Shown here: in pieces, positions 1 to 12,899 of the stretch
Layout of the letters: the number at the start of each line of letters is the position of its first letter
Numbering within the stretch: position 1 is the first letter of the stretch
DNA from: Gracilinanus agilis
Taxonomy: Eukaryota
Length of the DNA stretch: 64,000 nucleotides
Direction: 5' to 3'
NCBI RefSeq assembly: GCF_016433145.1
Contig: NC_058134.1
Coordinates: 46,929,976 to 46,993,975 of the forward strand
The notes under the pieces: model-generated
Database searches by the model: none
Told to the model about the DNA's origin: nothing
Seen by the model: the letters and a program-made list of their open reading frames with translations, nothing else
Program-made: the position numbers and the translations under genes

Positions 1-130
1 TCTCCCTCCCCCTCTCTCTTTCTCCCTTTCCTTCCCTCTCTCTCCCTCTCCATCTCTCTTTTTCTCTCCCCTTTTTCTTTCTCTCCCCTTTCCTCCCTGT
101 CACTGTCTCTCTGCCTCTGTCTCACTTTCT
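1..130. repeat. CT-rich low-complexity tract
   Basis: Almost pure pyrimidine run. Confidence 0.9.
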
Positions 131-1020
131 TTTGTTTCCTTTTATTTTGTTTTGCTTTATTGTGGGCATCTGGAACATAAGTGTCCAGCATATGCTTATT
201 TATTTATTAAAAGTCAATCAAACTTGCACCAGCCATGGCTGGAATATACATAAGACAGGGAAGACAAGGAAGGGATGTATAAAAAGGTAAGGATGGATTA
301 GATGAGAGCCGTCAAGCAGGGCAGGGATGGCTGGCAGGCAACACTGAAGTGAACAAAGGCTTACTTTGGATCTAGACAAAAGCACTTGGCCAGGCTGCTA
401 CTGCTGCTGCTTCTTGTAAGTGAGGTGGGAAGGGGTTGGTTTGAACACTGAGGTCTCAAGTCATGATCTATCCAGCCAGAAAATTTCTGAAAAGCTAAAA
501 AAACCTGCTCTCAGTCATTCCTACTCATATTTCCTTCTCCTCTGTCCCTGGGGAGAGCATGCAGGAGGTGTTGATAAAGGACCAGTCAGATAAAGAGGTT
601 CAAACAATCAAGGGTTGTTGTGAAATATGGGAAATGCAAGAGGCATGGATGGATTTTAAAACCTTATAGCTAGCAGTGGTGTCGAGTTTCATTTGCTTAA
701 GGAACACTGCCAGCCCAGCTGTCTGCTTTCATGCCATGGCAGAGCTGCTGGTAACATGGCCCAACAAGACCATGGAAAATGGTTTTATTTGCCAGCAGAA
801 CCCGTCGGTGTCCTCACAACCTAGAGGCTTGGAAACAAGAAAGGAGGACTGCAATATTTGAGGAGGCCCCTGATAATGTTAGACAGTGGAGTCAGAGAAC
901 AGATAGATCAGAGCATTGCTTAAGAAAAGTAGGCTCCAAGAACCATAGATAGACCAAAAATAGAATAAATTAGAGGTCATCTAATCCATCTCCTTCATTG
1001 AAAAAAAAACCAAACAAACA

Positions 1021-1195
1021 AAAACCCTTACCTTCCATCTTAGAATCAATATTGTATATTGGTTCCCAGGCAGAAGAACAGTAATGCAATGGGGGTTAAG
1101 TGACTTGCCCAGGGTCACATAGCTAGGATGTATCTGAGGTCATATTTAAACCCAAGACCACTGGTCTCCAGACCCACCAAGTCACCTAGCTGTCC
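1021..1195 (-). mobile_element. Marsupial tRNA/CORE SINE
   Basis: AAGTGACTTGCCCAGGGTCACATAGCTAGG core and AAAACCCTTACCTTCCATCTTAGAATC tail. Confidence 0.8.
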
Positions 1196-1554
1196 CTATC
1201 CCCTTTATTTTTCAAATTAAGAAACTGAATCAAAGAAAAGTGAAGTGTCTAACTCCAGGTCACTTAGACGGTCACCTTGGTGTACGGTGAAAAATAGTAT
1301 TAAACTTGGAAGTCCTTGGCGTGAATTTGAAACCTGACTGCTTGGGGACTTGGATCAAAGAAGGTATTGTGGGTTGCCTGGGGCTCGAGCACAGCTGAGC
1401 ATTGATATCACATAATTTCAAATAGGGATTGGGCAAATGGGAATGAAAAGAAGGTTTGTTGGTCTTTAACCCTGAGCCCACTTTGGCCATCTAACCAGCA
1501 GTACCTGAGTGGCGCCCAGTTAGAACAGGGGGTCCTTACATGAGTGAGCGATCG

Positions 1555-3055
1555 TGTTCCATCCCATCTTCTCCAGAAGCTTTACCCCTCTATCATCCCT
1601 CTATCAATCCCAGATTGCTTCCCATCTCCTGGCTGATTCCCTACTGCCTACAAATATGACTATCCCCTCTTCTAAAAACCTTCACTCGGTCCATCCATTC
1701 CTTTCTCCAATAGTGATGATCCTCTATCTCTTTACCCTTTTATGTCAAAATTCTTCGAGAAGGTCATTTGTAGTCCATAATGGATGCCCTCACTTCTTTT
1801 CCTCTCTCTCCATTCTCTTCAGTTTGACTTCTGACTCAACCATTCAACTGAAACTACTTTCTGCAAAGTGATTAATAACCTCCTCATTGATAAATCAATG
1901 GCTTTGTTCTCAATCTTCATTTTTCCTGGTTTCTCTACAGACTTTGTTGTTGTCAGTCACCCTCTTCTCCTTGATAATCTTTTTTCTCCAGGTTTTCCCA
2001 TCACTTGCTCTTCCCTAAATTCTTTTCATACCTATCCAAATGTTCCTTCTTGGTGTTGTGTACTTAGAAATCTTAAACCTTTGGACTTCCATCTCCCAGA
2101 ATCCTTTTCCCTCCATCCATGGAGCGTCTTTACGTATTATTTATAAGTTGGCTGTCACATTGCCTCTTTTGCTCTTCTCTTGCAACTGTGGCTAGGTTAG
2201 CTTCCTCTTTTCTCTAGCCATTTATTTTCCTTTACTTCAAGTTATTATTAATAAATCTTACTAAATAGACCACTTGGAGACAGTATATATTAATTTTTAA
2301 GCTTACAGTGTCCTTTGCTGGATCTTTATCTGTATCATATCCACTCACCATAGGTGTCCCCCAAGGCTCTGCCATGGGCTGCCTTTTCTTCTCCCTCAAT
2401 ACTATTTGGGCTATTTCAGTAGCTGCACTGTTTCCATTTTCATGGGTATACAAATAACTCTCAGATCTTCTTGTCTTTCTTCTGATTTCTAGTCTCACAT
2501 CTGTAGCTGACTATTGGACAGCTGGAATTGGATGTCTCAAAGATATATCTTCAACACAACATATACCAAACTGAACCCATTATCTTTCCCTCCAAGTCAT
2601 TTTCTTTCTTACTTCCCTATTACTTACTTATTTAATTAATGATTAATAATTAATAAATTAAGCTGCCACCATCTTTCCAGTAACCCAGGCTCACATCCTT
2701 GACTCTACCTTCTACCTCATTCTCCATATCCAATCAGTTGCCAAGTCTTATTGTTTCTGCCTTTATAACATCTTTCCAGTATAGCTTCTTCTCTCTTTTG
2801 GCATGACCACTACCCTAGTACAGGCTCTCATCATCTCATAATCAGATTATTGCTGGCTAATCTCCCTTCCTCACAGCATTCTCTACTCTAATACATTGTC
2901 TATTCAGTTATCAAATTGATCTGAAAATTTAGGTCTCCTCCATTATACGATGAGCACCTTGAAGGCAAGGATTATTTTTTAGCTTTTTTTTTTAAGTGCT
3001 TAGCACAGAACTTTGCACATAGTGGTTGCTTAACAAATGCTAGTTGACTGATTAA
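1555..3055 (+). mobile_element. L2 LINE fragment (RT region to 3' end), interrupted by the LTR
   Basis: GVPQGSAMGCLFFSL (decayed GVPQGSVLGPLLF motif) at about 2350-2400; L2 3' tail TTAGCACAG...CACATAGT...GTTGACTGATT. Confidence 0.8.
2057..2307 (+). mobile_element. Short solo LTR (251 bp, ERV1-like) inserted in an L2
   Basis: TGTG...TACA termini; TSD GTGT at 2053-2056 and 2308-2311; AATAAA near the 3' end; L2 resumes on both sides. Confidence 0.85.
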
Positions 3056-3731
3056 CCCCTGAATTCTCATCCAACCCATTTTGTAGCTGGGCTCACCAGA
3101 CCACCCGTATCTTTTTCTTTCTTTTTCTTCTTTTTTTTGGAGGAGTGGGATGGGGTGGGTTGGAGTATTTGATAAACTGAGTAGGTAGAAATAATACATT
3201 TGCATTGAAAACAAAATTTAAGAACTATTTTTCCAAAAACCATCTCATAAAAACCACACAATGGAAGCATTATATGGACATTCAGTGTTGGCAGTCTGGT
3301 TTACAGTTAGCCACCTTGAACACTGTTCTTGCCAATCTTTGAAAATAGAGACTATCACATTGCACCCCTTTGTACACTCTCCATTCCATTCTCATTGGCC
3401 TACTAACTGTTTCCTGAACTTGATATTCTCTACCCATCTAGGTGCCTTGGTATGAGCTTTCCCCTGAGCCTGGAATTCACTTCTTATCTCTGCCTTCTTA
3501 GAATTCTTATCTTCTAGACCCAGCTCAGCTCAGGTGTCGTCTCCTCCAGGGGGTCTTTCCTGATTCCCCCCTAGATGTTAATGCCCTTTCCCCTCTTTAC
3601 ATTTCCTTGTATTCCCTTGTATTGTGTTACTCCCCCATCAAGAATCTTCACCGAGTCTCTATTGCCTCTAAGAAAAAATGCATATTCCTCAGCTTGGCAT
3701 TTGGTTTGAATCTGGTAATAGTTTACCTTCT

Positions 3732-3958
3732 GGGGGCAGGTAGGTGGCACCATAGTGTATAAAGTGCTAGGCCTGGGGTCAGAAAGACTTATCTTCCTGC
3801 AGTCCTAGGTCAGTCACTTAACCCTGTTGACCTCAGTTTCCTCATCTGTCAAATGAGCTGGAGAAGGAAATGGTGCACCACTCCAGGATCTTTGCCAAGA
3901 AAACCCCAAATGGGGTCATGAAGAGTCAGACAGGACTGAAATGACCAGACACCAGCAT
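3732..3958 (+). mobile_element. MAR1-type SINE
   Basis: CORE followed by the GAGCTGGAGAAGGAAATGG...AAAACCCCAAATGGGGTCA RTE-like 3' part. Confidence 0.8.
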
Positions 3959-4460
3959 CTTCCTTCTAAAATGATTTCATAAACATAAATCATGGAAACA
4001 TGGAAAATTTTTCTTAAAAAAATGTTTTTTTAATTAAAAAAAATAAAATGATTTCATCTTAATGCTCTTCACACATTGTTCCAGTCAGATTGGATTTTGC
4101 TCTTCCCAAATTCAGGATCCAATTTTTCATATCCATGCCTCAACATACCTGTATGCCTTCTATAAAATGCATTTCCTTCTCATCTTACTTAGCCTCTTCA
4201 GAATCTTTTGCTTCCTTAAAAGCCCAGCTCAGGTGTTACTTCCTATAGCAAACTTCTCCTTCCCCTCAGTTATGAGACCCATCTCTTTACCTAAATTACT
4301 CTGTATTTGCTATTTGCTTTATCCATATATGTATTATTTATCCACTCAAGAATTGTGACCTCTTTGAAGGCTGGTCCTCTTTTTGGTTTGATCTCCAGAT
4401 CTCTTGAATCAGGTAAAAGTCTCTTTACACGTAGTAAGTGTTTAATCATCCCCCGGTAAA

Positions 4461-4650
4461 GGGGCACTTAGGTGGCTCAGTGGATTGAGAGCCAGGCCTA
4501 GAGATGGGAGTTCTTAGGGTCAAATCTGACCTCAGAGATTCTTCCTAACCATGTGATCCTGGACAAGTCAGTTAACCTCCATTGCTTAGCCCTTACCTCT
4601 CTTCCACGGTATTGATTCTAAGACAGAAAGTAAATATTTAAAATAAATAA
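4461..4650 (+). mobile_element. SINE1_Mdo-type SINE
   Basis: GGGGCACTTAGGTGGCTCAGTGGATTGAGAGCCAGGCCTAGAG head. Confidence 0.85.
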
Positions 4651-4759
4651 TCAGAGTGAACTGAATTGAATTGAGTAATTTAGACTGACTGGTTTATAGA
4701 ATGTGGGTCTCTGAGGGCAGAGATTATTCCTGTTTTTCTTTGTATCCACAAGAGTGAAC

Positions 4760-6290
4760 ATGGTCAGTCAGCCAATTGGCATTTATTAAGGACCTGCTGG
4801 GTGCTAACCCTGGGGAAACAAAGGTAAAAGATAGTCCCAGTTCTTGAGAAGGCAATATGCTAACAATTCTGCATAAAATGGAGACAAAATAAATTGGAGT
4901 TCTTCTCAGAAGGAAGGCCCTGAAATTAAGGACTAGAAAAGGTTTCTCTCAAAAGGTGATTTTTGAAGTAGAGACTTGAAGGAAACCAGAAAAGCCAGGA
5001 GGTAGAGATGAAGATTAGAATATTTCCAGACCTATAAGACAGCCAGTGAAATGCTCCTTCTTGTATTTGAGGAAGAACATGGATGCCAATGGTACTGGAC
5101 TGCAGAATTTGTAGAAGGGAGGAAAGTATAAGAAGGCTGAAAAAGTAGGAAGTTTCCAGGTTCTGGAGGGCTTTGAAAACCAAACAGATCATATTTGGTC
5201 CTTGAGGTGAAAGGGAGCCACTGGATTTTGGTGAACAAAGGTATGATAAAAGTAAGGCAGGAAGAACAATTAGGCCAACAGTACAGAAATGAAGTGTTAA
5301 GGGCCTGTACCAAGATGGTGGTAGTTTCTTGGGTTTTTGTCAAGACAATGAGAGAAGGGGATGCAGAGAGCCCCTCAGGGAAATAAAGGTCTCCCTCAGG
5401 TACCATCAAGTCAATGCAGATGGCAGAGCCCTACCCAGATCCCTGCAGCCTGAAAATCAGGCCACAGGATGGATGGATGACCTAATCAGAGCCCTCTGTG
5501 TGACTCTCTTCTGACCAACACTTTTTATTACATGTGACACTGTAAAAACAACCTTCAACATATTTCAAAAGGTAGAGTTAAGTGTGAGAACTCTCAAATT
5601 CGGGGGACAAGTCTAACGTGGGAAAGTAGTGAAGCGTGAGAATATTTTGGTTTATTCATACTGGGTCCTTCAAACTCTTGGGACAGAGAGACAGAGAAAG
5701 ATTAAAGCAGCTTCTGCTATTTCACTGAGGGTATGAACTATTAACTCATTAAATGCTGATTTATTATAGAGTATTAAGGGGAATTCTATAAGGGGAGTTC
5801 TATAAATGGATTTCCATAAAGAAAATTTATATCTTTACTACAAAACTTGGGGCTATCCTAAAAATATATAGATTATAATAATTTTAATAATAAAAAGTGT
5901 TGGTCAGAAGAAAGTCACGCAGAGGGGTCTGATTGGGTCATCCATCCATCCTGTGGCCTGATTTTCAGGCTACAGGGATCTGGGTAGGGCTCTGCCATCT
6001 GCATTGACTTGATGGTACCTGATGGAGACCTTTATTTCTCTGAGGGGCTCTCAGCAAGGGGACATAAAGGAAATATGTTATGAAAGTATAAATGACAGGA
6101 TTTGGCTTCTGACTGCATATGGATGGTGAGTGTGAAGGAGGAGTCAAAGATGATACCTAGATTGTAAACCTGGATGACTAGGAAGATGATGGAACTCTCA
6201 AGACTAATAAGGAAGTTAGAAAAAGAAGAAGGTTTGGAGGAAAGGATGATGAATTAAGTTTTGGATATGTTGAGTTTAACAGATCTAAGA
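4760..6290 (-). mobile_element. L2 fragment hosting the 5362-6056 inverted-repeat element
   Basis: Purine-rich antisense L2 text (GGAGCCACTGGA..., GGAGGAGTCAAAGATGA..., GTTTTGGATATGTTGAGTTT) on both sides of the insertion. Confidence 0.7.
5362..6056. mobile_element. 695-bp unclassified non-autonomous element with 169-bp terminal inverted repeats, TG...CA ends and a 6-bp TSD
   Basis: Arms 5362-5530 and 5888-6056 align as reverse complements with 8 mismatches and no gaps. AGGGGA is duplicated at 5356-5361 and 6057-6062. L2 sequence continues on both sides. Confidence 0.9.
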
Positions 6291-6299
6291 CATCAAAAT

Positions 6300-7045
6300 T
6301 CCTGCTGATTTCACCTTTGTAACCTCTTTCTAACGTGTCTCCTTTTTCTCTTTTCTGACATTTCCACCATTCTAGAGAAGGTCTTTATTAACTCATGCCT
6401 TAATTATTTCAATAGTCCACTGGTGGATCTGTCTGCCTCAAGTCTCTCTCCACACTACAATCGGTCTTAAAGTGGCTTAATTTTTCAAAAGTTCACAGCT
6501 GATCCTGTCACCCCCTTAATCACTAAATTCTATTGGCTTTCTATTGTCTCCAAGATCAAATAGAAAATGTTCTCTTTGACATTCAAAGCTCTTCATAACC
6601 TAGACTCCTTTTAGCTTTCCTGTCCTCTTATATCTTACTCCCCCATATGTACTTTTCAATCCAATGACATAGATCTCCTGGATATTCCACACACAAGACA
6701 CTCTATCTCTTAGCAACAGGCATTCTCTCTGGCTATCCCCCAGGCCTGGAAAGCTCTCCTTTCTCTGCTCTGACTACTGACTTAATTGGCTTCCTTTAAG
6801 TCCAAACTAAAATCCTACCTTCTACAGGAAACCATCCCCAGCCTCTCTCATTCCAGTACCTCCCCTTGATTATTTTTCTTGTTTTCTGTAGCTCACTTTG
6901 TATATATTCATTTGTAGGTCTTCTCCTCAATTAGACTGTAAGTTCCTTGAGGGCAAGGACTATCTTTGGCCTCTTCTTATATCCCCAGCACTTAGCATAG
7001 TGCCTGGTACCTAGTAGGAGGTAAATAAATATTGATTGATTGATC
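6300..7045 (+). mobile_element. L2 3' fragment
   Basis: Ends in CTTAGCATAGTGCCTGGTACCTAGTAGG...ATAAATATTGATTGATTG. Confidence 0.75.
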
Positions 7046-7059
7046 AGATATCCAATAGA

Positions 7060-8390
7060 TAGAGATGTATGTGAGACTGGAGGATAGGAGAAAAATTAGG
7101 GACAGGTAGATCAAAGAATTATATGTATTGAGATGATAAATAAAAACATGATTACTGTTGAGATAACCAAGTAGAATAGTGTAGAGAAGAGGAGAGGGCC
7201 TAGACAAAGGTTTGGGGGGCACTGTGTTTAGGTATGACATTGTTAAATATCCCTTAAAGGCAAAAATAAAGAAGAGAGAGAAAAGGAATATTTGGATAGG
7301 TTGTGGGGGAATCAGGAGAGAGCAGTATCAAGAAAACTTAAAAGAGAAGAGAGTATAAAGGAGAAGAGGGCGATGGACAATACCAAAGACTGCAGAGAAG
7401 CCAATAAAGATGAGAACTAGGAAAGCGCCACTGGCAATTAAGAGATCATTAGTAACTGGAGAAAGTGTTTTCAGTTGAATGATGAGATTAGGAGCCAGGC
7501 TTCAGAGAATGAGGAAGAAGTAGAGGCCCTTATTTTAGATGGCTTTCTCAAGGAATTGAACCACAAAAAAAAAACCATGAGAGAGATAGAGTAAAATTAC
7601 TGCCAAGGAAAAGAATGAATGAATCAAGTGAGGATTTTTAGAGGATGGGATAGATATGGAAAAGAGGGAGCTCTCTGTAAATGCCTTCGATTATTTTTAG
7701 TGAATCATGTGGCAAGGTTCTGAGCTGAGACAGAGTGGGAAAAGAGGAGGTATCCGTATTTTGAAGGGCAAGAAGATTTAGAAAAGCCACTATAGTGAGA
7801 CAGTGAATTAATTAGGGAGCTCTATGAGGATTGCCTTGCTGCAGAGAGAGCCCAGTTGAATTATGTTACATAATATAATCATGAATCCATTTGTGTGGTT
7901 TTGTGACTTCCTCTTGCTTTGTTCTGGATAAGATGAATAGTAGGCTAGGTAGGCAATGAATGATCCAAGGATGGAGTTGGGAAGGGCAAAATATTCCATA
8001 GGATAATGGGGCAAGGGACTTGACAAAAGAGGAGACCATAGAATTGAACTGGCTCCCTGGTGGATCAAGATGGAGAAGTGAGAAGATGGCAGCCAGTGCA
8101 AAAGTGGTGATGTGGGAAAGAACTTGGGGCTCGAGGGATTAGAGGTCACAGTGAAGATGAAGAATAGAGTTTGGAATTGCAAGGCAGAAGGAGAGGTGGG
8201 ATGAGAACAGACTATGAGCGGATAAAGGAATTTCAAAGTTTGTGAACATGGAGGCGTAGCATTTGCGGGTGATAGCAAGATCGAGGGTATGGCTATCTCC
8301 ATGCAGCTACGGTAGTGTGGAAAAGGATGTCATGGGAAATTAGTAAACTGAGGAATTGGGAGGTTTAGATGTCTGAGGGAATATCACTTA
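7060..8390 (-). mobile_element. L2 fragment
   Basis: Purine-rich antisense L2 ORF2-derived sequence. Confidence 0.65.
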
Positions 8391-8676
8391 GGTATGTTAA
8401 GGCCCCTTTGTAGGAGAGCCAGAGTTGGAGAGGAGAGAAAGAATAGAAATTATTTAATAAATGTTTTTCTACTTGAATTAAACCTGTTCCCAGGTATGAA
8501 GCTTTCAGCATTAATTGTTCACAGATCCCCAAATTGCATCGCCTCCACAATTAAGCAAAGAAGGGTGAATGGACAGAGTTTCTTGTTTTAAGGAAGTGGC
8601 TAAAAACATCAGGGGAATTTCTGTGCATCTTCTGCCACAGCAAGTCAAATCAGTTATAAAATAGTTATAATATTTA

Positions 8677-8701
8677 TGTGTGTGTGTGTGTGTGTGTGTG
8701 T
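8677..8701. repeat. (TG)n microsatellite
   Basis: About 12 perfect TG units. Confidence 0.95.
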
Positions 8702-9280
8702 ATAAAGAAAAATAAAATATTTTTCTGGCCTTGAAAGTTATATGGGTAGGAGTTGTGTAGGACTATCTCATAGCCAATAATGAGATGTGTTAGGGAAAAG
8801 CACAAACAGAGAGATTATAAAGGTGAAAAAGGAAACATTCCATGACTACATAAATAGGAGCGTTTCCCCACTCAAATAAGCAGTCACAGCTCCACAAGAA
8901 AGGAGGAAGGGAGGGAGCCAAGCATCGTGCTAGGATCTGGGGCACAAATACAGAAGCTAATACGGTCCCTACCCTCAAGAATCACATATCCTATTGGGAG
9001 AGAGAACACCTATAAGGAGGCAATGACCAAGGAAGGGTTATTTTATTTGAAAATATATTTGAAAAAGTTACAAGGTTAGTGAGCAAGTCACTAGAGAAGG
9101 GATTAAATCATCCTTTTTAGGAGTAACTATTCCACAACTGGGAAAGTGTGAGGGTCAAGATCCTGGACACACACTAGAGCACATTCTAGAGAAGAAAAGG
9201 TGAAATCTTTGGAATATGGTTTCTGGACTAGGTAATTGGGCAGTTGGGGAATAAAGAATAAATGGGAGCCAACTGAAGGT

Positions 9281-9539
9281 TGTATTCATTAGAAATGTTG
9301 TACCTTGGACTCCATCTCCCAGAATTCTTCCCTCCTACCAAAATTCCTTTTTCCCTTTTCTTTTACATGCGTTTTTATGTTATTTTTTATATAGTTCTGT
9401 ATATAACTCGCTCTCTCTTCCACCTGTGCAGCTTGGGTGAGCTCCCTCTGGTCTCTAGTTCCCTTTTTGCTTCAAGTTAATTTTAATAAATCTTATCAAA
9501 TAATACTTGAAGTATATTGCATATTAATTTTAATTTTAA
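9281..9539 (+). mobile_element. Short solo LTR related to the 2057-2307 copy
   Basis: Starts with TG; shares the CCATCTCCCAGAAT, AATAAATCTTA and ATATTAATTT blocks with the 2057 copy. GAAGGT direct repeat at 9275-9280 and 9540-9545; the 3' CA is not intact. Confidence 0.65.
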
Positions 9540-12084
9540 GAAGGTAGAGGACTGAGGGCTTGGGAGAGGCATTTTGGTTTGAAAAGTCACAAATGGAATG
9601 GCATGCTAGAAGGGTAACATAACTCACTAGAGTTTTATATATATACATATATATAAAACTAGAAGTGCTTCCCATAATGCTCTTTACTAAAACCACTGGT
9701 ACACTAGAGACAGCTCCTATTGGCTCTTGTGAAATTCGCAATGAAAGCCTACAGCTCAGGGCTTGATTATCTTATTGATTCTGTAGGTTTTTGAAAGTGA
9801 CTGAGAAATTTTGAATAATGCATCTTTTAGACTCTAATTATGGAAAATCTTACATTGTGGCATAACCCATTGTGTGATAGGAGATTGTATCTACTTAGCA
9901 TCCTCTTCCAGGCATTGGTGGGGCTAGAATTGGAAACATACAACTTCTTTGTTTTTTTTTTTTTTTTACAAATGTATTTACTTTTATTCTTACCCTAACA
10001 AATATCTAATAAAACAAGGGTATTTATATGTATTAGAACAGAAATAGAGGATTGTTTATGAAACTGCGGATATATATCACATACAGCTTGTTTTGCTTTA
10101 AAAATACATTATAAATTCGACCTATAGCTTTCAAATCTGTCCTGCTTATCTCTTTCTTTTTGTCCTTTTTTTTTAATCTGTATTTTTTCTTCCAGAATAA
10201 ATGCAGTGTTAATACACTTCTCAATGAGTGGCTTCTCCAAAACTACCAGCACCACTACTCATCCCCGCTGCAATGATGACTTTGAACGCAAATAAAGATC
10301 TTGGAAAACTCAGACCACAATATGATAAAATCATGATTCCTGCTTGAAAGCCTGACCTCACCAGCTCTTCACGGGGATAATATATCAAAGGATAATTGCA
10401 ACATAGCCACAAAACGTCCATGGTATGATCCAGTCTTCAAACAGATTGTCTCTATGTGGCATTGGGGTGGGGGGGTGCATGGTTTTCCTACATCCTGAAA
10501 TAAATGACTTATTAGAGTGTTAATATGCTGATAGTATCCCATTAGGGAAGCTAAAATTTGATTAATGGGGCAAAAAAGAAGAGTTGAAAATTTAGAAGTC
10601 TAGTGCCTGGCACAGGATTCTGAACATGATGAGTACTTAATCATTTTTTGCAGAGTTGAATCTGTCTTGACTGTCTTGTTTCCAATTGGAGTCACAACTA
10701 AACTGGAACTTGGTTTTCAAAATAAAATGAATATGATTTTTCCAGGAAGTTGAGGATTCAGGCTTCATCCTAAGGACTTATTTAGTCCCAGGCAAAACTC
10801 TGCCTCAACTTCTGGGTACCAGATGATTACTGGTGGTCATTTGGACAGCACTGAAAGCCCAGAAGTTTTGGCTTTCCTTGGGCACGAGAAAAAGCTAAGT
10901 TAGGGGTTTACCAAGTCTAGGATGTGCAATAACAACCTCTGGAAATATCATTGCGAATATATCATTCAGTATGTAAATATCTCAGTAATATATATTTTTA
11001 TCTTTCAGTGATATATTATAGAAATATCATTCACTATATATATATATATATATGCATAGAATGATATATCTCAGCAAACTAGGATCAATGTATTAGTGAA
11101 ATAATGACTTGTTATAATGTCTTACTTATATGAAAAATATAATAATCCAAAGACCTCCATTTCATTCAGTATAGAACACCTACAAGATGCTGAACTCATC
11201 CTTTCTCCCTACACTGATGCCAGTTGGTAGTAGAAGGAATCATCCATAAGACTGCATAACATGTCCGTGGTCAAAAATGACCAGTGGTGGGATAAAGCAC
11301 AAGTTGGCCTTTCAATGCATCCTGTGTCTGGCCCCGTACACTCAACGCATATGTCTAATCACCCAACTTAGCGACTTTTACTCCGCTCCACCAGGCATGT
11401 TTCTTCATTGTCCCCCTTCTAATACTCATCTGCTCCCTTTTTTTTTCCTGTTAATACTAAGTTCATCCATCCTTTTATTCATGCAGAAAATACTTAAAGC
11501 ATCTAGTACGTGCAATGTGTTGTCCTAGGGGCAGGAAGAGACACAAAGATAAATAGGAACAGGGTACAGTTCATTAAGGAACTAATAATCTAGTAGAGGA
11601 GATGGCATATATTCAGATGAATATTGAAATATGTTAAGTATCTAATACAATTAAATGAATAGTAAAAGCCTTCCATAAGAAAGGAATTATGCTAGGAACA
11701 AAGATGAAAAAGAACCTGTTTCCAAGGTACTTACCATCTAATGGGAGTATATTAAATATAAAAAATGAATGAATGCAAAACACATTTATTAAATGCCTGC
11801 TCTGGGTCAAGCACTATTCTAAGAGCAGGGATACAAATGCAAAACCAAAGATAGTCCTTGCCTTCAGGGAGTTTACAATCAAACCCACACACTCACACAC
11901 AATTTTAGTTCTGAACTTAAACACCAACAAAAATGGACATTTTCATATACATAGTAGAGCAAAAAAAGGATTATACATAAAACTTCAGATCTCTATTACT
12001 TATATCTTGATTTTCTTTGAATTAACTTCAACCTTTGGATTTCAAAGCTGTCCTGCTTTTTCTTCACTTCTTTCTGGCTTTTCT

Positions 12085-12225
12085 NNNNNNNNNNNNNNNN
12101 NNNNNNNNNNNNNNNNNNNNNNNNNNNNNNNNNNNNNNNNNNNNNNNNNNNNNNNNNNNNNNNNNNNNNNNNNNNNNNNNNNNNNNNNNNNNNNNNNNNN
12201 NNNNNNNNNNNNNNNNNNNNNNNNN
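12085..12225. other. Assembly gap (141 N)
   Basis: N run. Confidence 1.
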
Positions 12226-12899
12226 TTTTCTTTTTTTTCTACCTTTCCCCTTATTATCAGATTGAGGCTGGTGGTCTTGAGACCACCTTGACAATTTTCC
12301 CTTAGGTGGAGCTATGGTCCCATACATACTCATAGAAATGTCTCCCATATAATATTTTGTCTATCACCAGTTTGTTTTTCTCTCTGCTAATGAACTCCCC
12401 AAAGAGTATTTTTGCTTTGTTCCCTGATATGCAATTTAGTCAGCTCTAAGGAGGCCATCCAAAATCATAGCATAAGAGCCTCACCCTTAGAAGGGGCACC
12501 TATGGAGCACTTCCACTTTCTGATGAATGGAACCATGCTTCCATGCTGCCCTAATGTATGTATGACTGAGTTATGTGGGTTCCTCTTGTCCTCTTTCCCC
12601 TTTCCCTCTTTCTACATTGCTTGCAATAAAGCTTTGCACCTGTAACAAATAAATTTAATATAGAGGGACAGAATTAAAAATATCATGGTTTCCAAAGGTT
12701 TATTGAAAGCCATTTAGAAAAATGAAGCCACGTGCCTATTAGGATTTAGTTCAAAGGCCGTGCCATGCCTCCGCCAATATCGCACACTGCACTGACTCCC
12801 GTCGTTTTACAAGTTGTTGTTTTCTCCAACATCTCTGGCTGGCCAACCAACCTTTCCTCAGATATATAACTTAGGCACCAGACCAAAACTTAACCTATA

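Noticed and set aside
1510-1530. TGGCGCCC...GAACAGGG, resembling a tRNA-Lys primer-binding site
   Set aside because: It needs a 5-nt insertion and is not preceded by an LTR ending in CA or followed by gag-like sequence.
5329-5514. ORF containing ATGWMDD, reminiscent of gastrin/CCK GWMDF
   Set aside because: It lies in the arm of the inverted-repeat element and lacks the F-G-R-R amidation motif and a signal peptide. The motif comes from a GGAT microrepeat.
12799-12812. CCGTCGTTTTACAA, identical to part of the M13/pUC lacZ primer region
   Set aside because: Only 14 bp, flanks do not continue the vector sequence, and it is not at a gap edge; treated as chance.
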